Part shown: piece by piece, positions 52,801-64,000 of the stretch
How positions within the stretch are numbered: the first letter of the stretch is position 1
How the letters are laid out: every line of letters starts with the position of its first letter
Assembly (NCBI GenBank): GCA_964016885.1
Contig: OZ024740.1
Location: 296,546,001 to 296,610,000, forward strand
Origin: Eledone cirrhosa
Taxonomy: Eukaryota
DNA: 64,000 nucleotides
Direction: 5' to 3'
Program-made: the position numbers and the translations under genes
Notes under the pieces: generated by a model
Told to the model about the DNA's origin: nothing
The model's input: the letters and a program-made list of their open reading frames with translations, nothing else
Database searches by the model: none

Positions 52801-55800
52801 GGGGGTCCGTTTTTTATTTGGGTGCCCCGTTTCTTTATGGGGGTCCGTTTTTTATTTGGGTGTCCCGTTTTTTTACGGGGAGGCCCGTTTTTTATTTGGG
52901 TGCCCCGTCTGTCTATGGGTGGATCCGTTTTTTATGGGCGGGGTCCGTTTTTATTTGGGTGCCCCGTTTTTTTACGGGGGGTCCGTTTTTTATTTGGGTG
53001 CCCCGTTTTTTTATGGGGCTCCGTCTTTTATTTGGGTGCCCCTTTTTTATTTGGGTGCCCCGTTTTTTTATAGGGGGGGTCCGTTTTTTATTTTGGTGCC
53101 CCGTTTTTTATGGGGGGCGTCCGTTTTTTATTTGGGTACCCCGTTCTTTATTTGGGTGCTCCGTTTTTTTATGGGGTCCGTTTTTTGATGGGGGTCCTTT
53201 TTTATTTGTGTGCCCCGTTTTTTTATGGGGGTCCGTATTTCATTTGGGTGCCCCGTTTTTTTATTTGGGTGCCCCGTTTCTTTATGAGGGGGTCCGTTTT
53301 TTATTTGGGTGCACCGTTTTTTTATGGGGGTCCGTTTTTTATTTGTGTGCCCCGTTTTTTATTTCGGTGCCCCGTTTTTTATGGGTGGGTCCGTTTTTTA
53401 TTTGGGTGCCCCGTTTTTTTATGGTGGATCCTTTTTTTATTTGGGTGCCCCATTTTTTATGGGGGTCCGTATTTCATTTGGGTGCCCCGTATCTTATTTG
53501 GGTGCCCAGTTTCTTTATGGGGGGTCCGTTTTTATTTGGGTGCCCCGTTTTTTTATTTGGGTGTCCCGTTTCTTTATGGGGGGTCTGTTTTTTATGTGGG
53601 TGCCCCGTTTCTTTATGGGGGGTCCGTTTTTTTATTTGGGTGCCCCGTTTTTTTACGGGGAGGTCCGTTTTTTATTTGGGTGCCCCGTCTGTCTATGGGT
53701 GGCTCCGTTTTTTATTTGGGTGCCCCATTTTTTATTTGGGTGTCCCGTTTTTTTATGGGCGGGGTCCGTTTTTTATTTGGGTGCCCCGTTTTTAATGGTG
53801 GATCCTTTTTTTATTTGGGTGCCCCGATTTTTATGGGGGTGTCATTTTTTTATTTGGGTGCCCCGTTTTTTATGGGGGGGCGTCTTTTATTTGGGTGCAC
53901 CGTTTTTTATTTGAGTGCCCTGTTTTTTATCTGGGTGCCCCGTTCTTTATTTGCGTGCCCCGTTTTTTTATAGGGGGTCCGTTTTTTATTTGGGTGCCCC
54001 TTTTTTATTTGGGTGCCCCGTTTTATATTTGTGTGCCCCGTTTTTTTATGGGGGTCCGTATTTCATTTGGGTGCCACGTTTTTTATTTGGGTGCCCCGTT
54101 TCTTTATGGGAGGGTCCCTTTTTATTTGGGTGCCCCGTTTCTTTATGGGGGTCCGTTTTTTATTTGGGTGCCCCGTTCTTTATTTGGGTGCCCCGTTTTT
54201 TTATGGGGGGTTTCATTTTTTATTTGGGTGACCCGTTTTTTATTTGGGTGCCCCGTTTTTTTATTTGGGTGTCCCGTTTTTTTATGGGGGGTCCGTTTTT
54301 TATTTGGGTGCCCCGTTTCTTTATGGGGGGTCCGTTTTTTATTTGGGTGCCCGGTTTTTTTACAGGGATGTCCGTTTTTTATTTGGGTTCCCCCGTTTTT
54401 CTATGGGTGGCTCCGTTTTTTATTTGGATGCCCCATTTTTTATTTGGGTGTCCCGTTTTTTATGGGCGGGGTCCGTTTTTATTTGGGTGTCCCGTTTATT
54501 TATGGGGGGGTCCGTTTTTTATTTGGGTGCCCCGTTTTTTTATGGGGCTCCGTCTTTTATTTGGGTGCCCCTTTTTTATTTGGGTGCCCCGTTTTTTTAT
54601 AGGGGGTCCGTTTTTTATTTTGGTGCCCCGTTTTTTATGGGGGCGTCCGTATTTTATTTGGGTACCCCGTTCTTTATTTGGGTGCCCCGTTTTTTTATGG
54701 GGGTCCGTTTTTTATGGGGGGGCCGTTTTTAATTTTTGTGCCCCGTTTTTTTTATGGGGGTCCGTATTTCATTTGGGTGCTCCGTTTTTTATTTGGGTGC
54801 CCCGTTTTTAATTTGGGTGTCCCGTTTTTTATTTGGGTGCCCCGTTTTTTTATTTGGGTGTCCCGTTTTTTTATGGGGGTCCGTTTTTTATTTGTGTGCC
54901 CCGTTTTTTATTTCGGTGCCCCGTTTCTTTATGGGTGTGTCCGTTTTTTATTTGGGTGCCCCGATTTTTATGGGGGGGGCGTCTTTTATTTGAGTGCCCC
55001 GTTTTTTATTTGGGTGCCCCGTTTTTTATTTGGGTGTCCCGTTTTTTATGGGGGGTCCGTTTTTTATTTCGGTGCCCCGTTCCTTTATGGGTGGGTCCGT
55101 TTTTTATTTGGGTGGGTCCGTTTTTTATTTGGGTGCCCCGTTTCTTTATGGGGGGTCCGTTTTTTATTTGGGTGCCCCGTTTCTTTATGGGGGGTCCGTT
55201 TATCATTTGGGTGTCCCGTTTTTTTATGTGGGTCCGTATTTCATTTCGGTGCCCCGTTTTTTATTTGGGTGCCCCGTTTCTTTATGGGGGGTCCGTTTTT
55301 TATTTGGGTGCCCCGTTTCTTTATGGGGGTCCGTTTTTCATTTGGGTGCCTCGTTTTTTATTTGGGTGTCCCGTTATTTTATGGGGGTTCCATTTTTTAT
55401 TTGGGTGCCCCGTTTTTTATTTGGGTGCCCCGTTTTTTATTTGGGTGGCCCATTTTTTTATTTGGGTGTCCCGTTTTTTTCTATGGTGGGGGTACATTTT
55501 TATTTGGGGGTCCCGTTCTTTTATGGGTGGCCCGTTTTTTGGGGGGGTACCCCGTTTTTTATTTGGGTGCGCCGTTTTTTATTTGGGGCGTCCGTTTTTT
55601 ATTTGGGTGTCCCGTTTTTTTTATGGGGGGTTGTTTTTTATTTGGGTGCCCCGTTTCTTATTTGGGGTCCCCGTTTATTTATGGGGGCCGTTTTTTTTAT
55701 TTGTGTGTCCCGTTTTTTATTTGGGTGCCCCGTTTCTTTATGGGGGGTCCGTATTTTATTTGGGTGCCCCGTTTTTTTATGGTGGTCCGTTTTTTATATG

Positions 55801-58800
55801 GGTGTCCCGTTTTTTATGGGGGGTCCGTTTTTATTTGGGTGCCCCGTTTTTTTATGGGGGGTCCGTTTTTCATTTGGGTGCCCCGTCTTTTATTTGTGTG
55901 CCCCGTTCTTTATTTGGGTGCCCCGTTTTTTTATGGGGGGTATCATATTTTATCTGGGTGCCACGTTTTTTATTTGGGTGACCCGTTTTTTATTTGGGTG
56001 CCCCGTTTTTTTATGGGTGGATCCGATTTTATTTGGGTGCCCCATTTTTTATTTGGGTGTCCCGTTTTTTTATGGAACGGTCCGTTTTTTTATTTGGGTG
56101 ACCCGTTTTTTATATGGGTGCCCCGCTTTTTTTATTGGGGGGGGGGGTTTAATTGGGTGCCCCGTTTTTTTATGGTAGGTTTTTTTTTAATTGGGTGCCC
56201 CGATTTTTATGGGGGGTCCGTTTTTTATTTGGGTGCCCCGTTTTTTATTTGGGCGCCCCGTTTTTTTATGGGGGGCCGTTTTTTATTTGGGTGCCCCGTT
56301 TTTTTATGGGGTGTCCGTTTTTTATTTGGGTGCCTCGTTGATTTATGTGGGGTCGGTTTTTTTTTTGGGTGTCCCTTTTTTATTTGGGTGCCCCGTTTTT
56401 TTATAGGGGGGTCCGTTTTTTATTTGGATATCCCGTTTTTTGATGGGGGGCGTCCGTTTATTATTTGGGTACCCCGTTTTTTATTTGGGTGCCCCGTTTT
56501 TTTATGGGGGTCCGTTTTTTTATGGGGGCTCCGTTTTTTATTTGTGTGCCCCGTTTTTTTATGTGGGTCCGTATTTCATTTCGGTGCCCCGTTTTTTATT
56601 TGGGTGCCCCGTTTCTTTATGGGGTGTCCGTTTTTTATTTGGGTGCCCCGTTTCTTTATTTGGGTGTCCCGTTTTTTATGGGGGGTCCGTTTTTTATTCG
56701 GGTGTCCCGTTTTTTTACGGATGGCTCCGTTTTTTATTTGGGTGACCCATTTTATATTTGGGTGTCCCGTTTATTTATGGGCGGGGTTCGTTTTTTATTT
56801 GGGTGCCCCTTTTTAATGGGGGGTCCGTTTTTTATTTGGGTGCCCCTTTTTTATGGGTGGGTCCGTTTTTTATTTGGGTGACTCGTTTTTTTATGGGGGT
56901 CCTTATTTTATTTGGGTGACTCGTTTTTTATTTGGGTGCCCCGTTTTTTGATTGGGTGCCCGGTTATTTTTATGGGGGGTCCGTTTTTTATTTGGGTGCC
57001 CCGTTTTTTATTTGGGTGCCCCGTTTTTTATTTGGGTGCCCCGTTTTTTTATGGGGGGGTCCGTTTTTTATTTGGGTGCCCTGTTTTTTTATGGTGGGCG
57101 TCCGTTATTTATTTGGGTACCCCGTTTTTTATTTGGGTGCCCCGTCTTTTTATGGGGGTCCGTTTTTTTATGGGGGCTCCGTTTTTTATTTGTGTGCCCC
57201 GTTTTTTTATGTGGGTCCGTATTTCATTTCGGTGCCCCGTTTTTTATTTGGGTGCCCCGTTTCTTTATGGGGTGTCCGTTTTTTATTTGGGTGCCCCGTT
57301 TCTTTATGGGGGGTCCGTTTTTCATTTGGGTGCCCCGTTTTTTATTTGGGTGTCCCGTTTTTTATGGGGGGTCCGTTTTTTATTTGGGTGTCCCGTTTTT
57401 TTATGGGTGGCTCCGTTTTTTATTTGGGTGCCACATTTTTTATTTGGGTGTCCCGTTTATTTATGGGCGGGGTTCGTTTTTTATTTGGGTGCCCCTTTTT
57501 AATGGGGGGACCGTTTTTTATTTGGGTACCCCGTTTTTTTATGGGTGGGTCCGTCTTTTATTTGGGTGCCCCGTTTCCTTATGGGGGGTCCGTTTTTTAT
57601 TTGGGTGCCCCGTTTCTTTATGGGGGGTCCGTTTATCATTTGGGTGCCCCGTTTTTTTATGTGGGTCCGTATTTCATTTCGGTGCCCCGTTTTTTATTTG
57701 GGTGCCCCGTTTCTTTATGGGTGTCCGTTTTTCATTTGGGTGCCTCGTTTTTTATTTGGGTGTCCCGTTATTTTATGGGGGTTCCATTTTTTATTTGGGT
57801 GCCCCGTTTTTTATTTGGGTGTCCCATTTTTATTATTTGGGTGTCCCGTTTTTTTCTATGGTGGGGGTACATTCTTACTTGGGGGTCCCGTTCTTTTATG
57901 GGTGGCCCGTTTTTTGGGGGGTACCCCGTTTTTTATTTGGGTGTCCCGTTTTTTATGGGGGCGTCCGTTTTTTATTTGGGTGTCCCGTTTTTTTTATGGG
58001 GGGTTGTTTTTTATTTGTGTGTCCCGTTTTTTATTTGGGTGCCCCGTTTCTTTATGGGGGGTCCGTATTTTATTTGGGTGCCCCGTTTTTTTATGGGGGT
58101 CCGTTTTTTATTTGGGTTTCCCGTTTTTTATGGGGTGTCCGTTTTTATTTGGGTGCCCCGTTTTTTTATGGGGGGTCCGTTTTTCATTTGGGTGCCCCGT
58201 CTTTTATTTGTGTGCCCCGTTCTTTATTTGGGTGCCCCGTTTTTTGATGGGGGGTATCATATTTTATTTGGGTGCCCCGTTTTTTATTTGGGTGCCCCGT
58301 TTTTTTATGGGGGGTCCGTTTTGTATTTGGGTGACCCGTCTTTTATTTGGGTGCCTCGTTTTTTTATGGGTGGATCCGGTTTTATTTGGGTGCCCCATTT
58401 TTTATTTGAGTGTCCCGTTTTTTTATGGAACGGTCCGTTTTTTTATTTGGGTGACCCGTTTTTTATTGGGGGGGAGTTTTTTAATTGGGTGCCCCGTTTT
58501 TTTATGGTGGTTTTTTTTTAAATTGGGTGCCCCGATTTTTATGGGGGGGTCCGTTTTTATTTGGGTGTCCCGTTTTTTTAATAGGGGGGGTCCGTTTTTT
58601 ATTTGGATATCCCGTTTTTTTATGGGGGCGTCCGTTTATTATTTGGGTACCCCGTTTTTTATTTGGGTGCCCCGTTTTTTTATGGGGGTCCGTTTTTTTA
58701 TGGGGGCTCCGTTTTCTATTTGTGTGCCCCGTTTTTTTATGTGGGTCCGTATTTCATTTCGGTGCCCCGTTTTTTATTTGGGTGCCCCGTTTCTTTATGG

Positions 58801-61800
58801 GGTGTCCGTTTTTTATTTGGGTGCCCCGTTTTTTATGGGGGGTCCGTTTTTTATTTGGGTGTCCCGTTTTTTTATGGATGGCTCCGTTTTTTATTTGGGT
58901 GCCCCATTTTTTATTTGGGTGTCCCGTTTATTTATGGGCGGGGTTCGTTTTTTATTTGGGTGCCCCTTTTTAATGGGGGTCCGTTTTTTATTTGGGTGCC
59001 CCGTTTTTTTATGGGTGGGTCCGTTTTTTATTTGGGTGACTCGTTTTTTTATGGGGGTCCTTATTTTATTTGGGTGTCCCGTTTTTTATGGGTGGCTCCG
59101 TTTTTTATTTGGGTGTCCCGTTTATTTATGGGCGGGGTCCGTTTTTTATTTGGGTGCCCCTTTTTAATGGAGGGTCCGTTTTTTATTTGGGTGCCCCGTT
59201 TTTTTATGGGTGGGTCCGTTTTTTATTTGGGTGACCCGTTTTTTTATGGGGGGTCCTTATTTTATTTGGGTGACTCGTTTTTTATTTGGGTGCCCCGTTT
59301 TTTGATTGGGTGCCCGGGTTTTTAATGGGGGGTCCGTTTTTTATTTGGGTGCCCCGTTTTTTTATGGGGGTCCGTTTTTTATTCGGGTGCCCTGTTTTTT
59401 TATGGGGGGGCGTCCGTTTTTTATTTGGGTACCCCGTTTTTTATTTGGGTGCCCCTATCATTTATGGGGGGACCGTTTTTTTATGTGGTCCGTTTTTTAT
59501 TTGTGTGCCCTGTATTTTATTTGGGTGCCCCGTTTTTTTATGGTGGGTCCTTTTTTTATTTGGGTGCCCCGATTTTTATGGGGGTGTCCTGTTTTTTTAT
59601 GGGGGGCCGTCTTTTATTTGGGTGTCCGTTTTTTATTTGAATGCCCCGTTTTTTATTTGGGTGCACCGTTTTTTATTTGGGTGTCCCGTTTTTCTATTTG
59701 GTGTCCCGTTTTTTATGGGGGGTCCGTTTTTCAATTGGGTTCCCCGTTTTTTATTTGGGTGTCTCGTTATTTTATGGGGTTCCATTTCTTTTATTTGGGT
59801 GTCCCGTTTTTTATTTGGGTGTCCCGTTTTCTTATTTGGGTGTCCCGTTTTTTTTATGGTGGGGGTCCATTTTTTACTTGGGTGCCCCGTTCTTTTATGG
59901 GGGCCCGTTTTTTATTTGGGTAACCCGTTTTTTATTTGGGTGCCCCGTTTTTTATGGGGGCGTCCGTTTCTTATTTGGGTGCCCCGTTTTTTTATGGGGG
60001 GGTTGTTTTTTATTTGGGTGCCCCGTTTCTTATTTGGGGGCCCCGTTTCTTATTTGGGGGCCCCGTTTTTTATGGGGGGTCCGTTTTTTATTAGGGTTAC
60101 CCGTTTTTTATTTGGGTGCCCCGTTTTTTATGGGGGGTCCGTTTTTTATTTGGGTGTCCCGTTTTTTTATGGGGGGTCCGTTTTTTATTTGTGTGTCCCG
60201 TTTTTTATTTGGGTGCCCCGTTTCTTTATGGGTGGGTCCGTTTTTTATTTGGGTGCCCCGTTTTTTTATGGTGGATCCTTTTTTTATTTGGGTGCCCCGA
60301 TTTTTATGGGGGGTCCGTTTTTTATTTGGGTGCCCCGTTTATTATTTGGGCGCCCCGTTTTTTTATGGGGGCCTTCTTTTATTTGGGTGCCCGTTTTGTT
60401 ATGGGGGGTCCGTTTTTTATTTGTGTGCCCCGTTTTTTAATGGGGGGTCCGTTTTTTATTTGGGTGCCCCGTTTTTTATTTGGGTGTCCCGTTTTTTTAT
60501 GGGTGTCCGTTTGTTATTTGTGTGCCCCGTTTTTTATTTGGGTGCCCCGTTTCTTATTTGTGTTCCCCGTTTTTTAATGGGGGGGTCCGTTTTTTGTTTG
60601 GGTGGCCCGTTTTTTAATGGGCGGGTCCGTTTTTTATTTGGGAGCCCCGTTTTTTATGGGGGGGGGGTCCGTTGGGTGCCCCGTTTTTATATGGGGGGCG
60701 TCCGTTTTTTATGGGGTGTCCGTTTTTTTACGGGGGTCCGTTTTTTATTTGTGTGCCCCTTTTTTTATTTCGGTGCCGCGTTTCTTTATGGGTGGCTCCG
60801 TTTTTTATTTGTGTGCCCCGTTTTTTTATGGTGGGTCCTTTTTTATTTGGGTGCCCCGATGTTTATGGGGGTGTACGTTTTTCATTTGGGTGCCTCGTTT
60901 TTTATTTGGGCGCCCCGTGTTTTTATGGGGGGCCGTCTTTTATTTGGTTGCCGGTTTTTTATGGGGGTCCGTTTTCTATTTGGGTGCCCCATTTTTTAAT
61001 GGGGGGTCCGTTTTTATTTGGGTGGCCCGTATTTTTATGGGGGTGTCCGTTTTTTATTTGGGTGCCCCGTTTTTTATGGGGGATCCGTTTTTTATTTGGG
61101 TGCCTCGTTTTTTATTTGGGTGTCCCGTTTTTTTTATGGGGGTCCGTTTTTTATTTGAGTGCCCCGTTTTTTATTTGGGTGCCCCGTTTTTTATTTGGGT
61201 GCCCCGTTTATTTATTTGGGTGTCCCGTTTTTTATTTGGGTGTCCCATTTTTTTATGGGGGTCCGTTTTTCATTTGGGTGTCCCGTTTTTTTATGGGGGG
61301 CCGTTTTTTATGGGGGTGCGTTTTTTATTTGGGTGCCCCGTTTTTTATTTGGGTGCCCCGTTTTTTATTTGAGTGCCCAGTTTTTTTATTGGGGGGCGTC
61401 CGTTTTTTTGGGTACCACGTTTTTTATTTGGGTGCCCTGTTTTTTATGGGGGGTCCGTTTTTTATTTGGGTGTGCCGTTTTTTTATGGTGGGTCCTTTTT
61501 TTATTTGGGTGCCCCATTTTCTTATGGGGGTCCGTTTTTTATCTGGGTGCCCCGTTCTTTAATGGGTGGGTCCGTATTTTATTTGGGTGCCCCGTTTTTT
61601 TATTTGGGGGTCCGTTTTTCATTTGGGTGCCCCGTTTTTTTATGTGGGGTCCGTTTTTTATTTGGGTGACCCGTTTTTTATTTCGGTGCCCCGTTTTTTT
61701 ATGCGGGGGGGGGGGGGACGTTTTTTATTTGGGTGCCCCGTTTTTTTATGGGGGGGTCCGTTTTTTATTTGGATGCCCCATTTTTATTTGGGTGCCCCGT

Positions 61801-64000
61801 TTTTTTTATAGGGGCGTCCGTTTTTTATTTGGGTACCCCGTTTTTTACTTGGGTGCCCCGTTTTTTTACGGGGGGTCCGTTTTTTATGGGGGGTCCGTTT
61901 TTTATTCGGGTGCCCCGCTTTTTTTTTATTGGGGGGGAGTTTTTTAATTGGGTGCCCCGTTTTTTTATGGCGGTCCGTCTTTTATTTGGGTACCCCGTTC
62001 TTTATTTGGGTGCCCCGTTTTTTTTTATGGGGGGTTTCATTTTTTATTTGGGCGCCCCGTTTTTTACTTGGGTGCCCCGTTTCTTTATTTGGGTGTCCCG
62101 TTTTTTTATGGGTGTGTCCGTCTTTCATTTGGGTGCCCCGTTTCTTATTTGGGTGTCCCGTTTCTTTATGGGTGGGTCCGTTTTTTATTTGGGTGCCCCG
62201 TTTTTTATGGTGGGTTTTTTTTTTAATTGGGTGCCCTGATTTTTATGGGGCGGTCCGTTTTTTATTTGGGTGCCCCGTTTTTTATTTGGGCGCCCCGTTT
62301 TTTTATGGGGGGCCGTCTTTTATTTGAGTGCCCGTTTTTTTTATGGTGTCCGTTTTTTATTTGGGTGCCCCGTTGATTTATGAGGGGTCCGTTTTTTATT
62401 TGGGTGCCCCTTTTTTATTTGGGTGCCCCGTTTTTTTTATAGGGGGGTCCGTTTTTTATTTGGATATCCGGTTTTTTTATGGGGGGCGTCCGTTTATTAT
62501 TTGGGTACCCCGTTTTTTATTTGGGTGCCCCGTTTCTTTATGGGGGGTCCGTTTTTTATTTGGGTGCCCCGTTTCTTTAAGGGGGGTCCGTTTTTCATTT
62601 GGGTGCCCCGTTTTTTATTTGGGTGTCCCGTTTTTTATGGGGGGTCCGTTTTTTATTTGGGTGTCCCGTTTAATACGGGGAGGTCCGTTTTTTATTTGGG
62701 TGCCCCGTTTTTTTATGGGTGGCTCCGTTTTTTATTTGGGTGCCCCATTTTTTATTTGGGTGTCCCGTTTATTTATGGGCGGGGTCTGTTTTCTTATTTG
62801 GGTGCCCCTTTTTTTATGGGGGGTCCGTTTTTTATTTGGGTGCCCCGTTTCTTTATGGGCGGGTCCGTTTTTTATTTGGGTGACCCGTTTTTTTATGGGG
62901 GTCCTTATTTTATTTGGGTGACTCGTTTTTTATTTGTGTGCCCCGTTTTTTATTTGGGTGCCTCGTTTTTTTATGGGTGGATCCGGTTTTATTTGGGTGC
63001 CCCATTTTTTATTTGGGTGTCCCGTTTTTTTATGGAACGGTCCGTTTTTTTATTTGGGTGACCCGTTTTTTATTGGGGGGGGGGTTTAATTGGGTGCCCC
63101 GTTTTTTATGGTGGGTTTTTTTTAAATTGGGTGCCCCGATTTTTATGGGGGGGTCCGTTTTTATTTGGGTGTCCCGTTTTTTTAATAGGGGGGTCCGTTT
63201 TTTATTTGGATATCCCGTTTTTTTATGGGGGGCGTCCGTTTATTATTTGGGTACCCCGTTTTTTATTTGGGTGCCCCGTTTTTTTATGGGGGTCCGTTTT
63301 TTTATGGGGGCTCCGTTTTTTATTTGTGTGCCCCGTTTTTTTATGTGGGTCCGTATTTCATTTCGGTGCCCCGTTTTTTATTTTGGTGCCCCGTTTCTTT
63401 ATGGGGTGTCCGTTTTTTATTTGGGTGCCCCGTTTCTTTATGGGGGTGTCCGTTTTTCATTTGGGTGTCCCGTTTTTTATTTGGGTGTCCCGTTTTTTAT
63501 GGGGGGGCCGTTTTTTATTTGGGTGTCCCGTTTTTTATGGGTGGCTCCGTTTTTTATTTGGGTGTCCCGTTTATTTATGGGCGGGGTCCGTTTCTTATTT
63601 GGGTGCCCCTTTTTAATGGAGGGTCCGTTTTTTATTTGGGTGCCCCGTTTTTTTATGGGTGGGTCCGTTTTTTATTTGGGTGACCCGTTTTTTTATGGGG
63701 GGTCCTTATTTTATTTGGGTGACTCGTTTTTTATTTCGGTGGCCCGTTTTTTGATTGGGTGCCCGGTTTTTTAATGGGGGGTCCGTTTTTATTTGGGTGC
63801 CCCGTTTTTTTATGGGGGGTCCGTTTTTTATTTGGGTGCCCTGTTTTTTATGGGGGGCGTCCGTTTTTTATTTGGGTACCCCGTTTTTTATTTGGGTGCC
63901 CCTATCATTTATGGGGGGACCGTTTTTTTATGTGGTCCGTTTTTTATTTGTGTGCCCTGTTTTTTATTTGGGTGCCCCGTTTTTTTATGGTGGGTCCTTT

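Larger units (their letters stand above)
25790..64000 (+). repeat. Satellite B: ~18-21-bp tandem repeat mixing GGGTG(C/T)CCCGTTTTTTATTT with T6-7-ATGGGGG(G)TCCG monomers, often as a ~38-39-bp dimer; runs off the right edge
   Basis: Continuous repetition of both monomer types with variable G- and T-run lengths. No unique sequence seen. Confidence 0.98.

Noticed and set aside
8305-55206. Short Lys-rich minus-strand ORFs
   Set aside because: They are translations of the A-tract strand of the satellites, with no domain-like sequence.
25649-63774. Long hydrophobic ORFs up to 862 aa (e.g. 41472-44060) resembling membrane proteins
   Set aside because: All three frames are open together because the strand is A-poor and B mostly lacks TGA. 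Frequent 1-bp homopolymer indels between duplicate copies show no frame conservation.
1-64000. CRISPR array
   Set aside because: Repeats are head-to-tail with no unique spacers, leader or cas genes.
25790-64000. Rho-independent terminators (GC-rich core followed by a T-run)
   Set aside because: GGG-TG-CCC is only a 3-bp stem with a 2-nt loop, it is the repeat monomer itself, and there are no genes to terminate.
1-64000. Canonical telomerase-made telomere tract or a named satellite family
   Set aside because: No canonical TTAGGG or TTTAGGG array is present, and the inversions and higher-order duplications point to recombination-based amplification. I do not recognise the monomer; a Dfam, Repbase or BLAST search would be needed.

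Overview
The whole window is non-coding tandem satellite DNA, probably eukaryotic heterochromatin (inferred; the organism cannot be identified). I found no credible gene, RNA gene, transposon or CRISPR array, and every listed ORF is an artefact of an A-poor repeat. Two related satellites meet in register on the same strand. Satellite A (1 to ~25769) is a homogeneous 20-bp repeat, GGG(T/G)GATCCATTTTTTATTT, with almost no CpG. Satellite B (~25790 to 64000) is more heterogeneous and CpG-rich, mixing GGGTGCCCCGTTTTTTATTT with a shorter T6-7-ATGGGGG(G)TCCG monomer. The most unusual structure is a family of 19 short inverted blocks found only in satellite A. Each has the same fold-back left junction (GGATCCAT|CAAATAAAAA|ATGGATC) and a palindromic right junction (ATGGATCCAT), and some carry mirror copies of upstream variants, which suggests hairpin or template-switch copying. 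Both arrays contain kb-scale higher-order duplications (about 0.6, 1.7, 1.8, 2.1, 3.2, 6 and 11 kb offsets). All coordinates were read by eye, and duplication boundaries are approximate.
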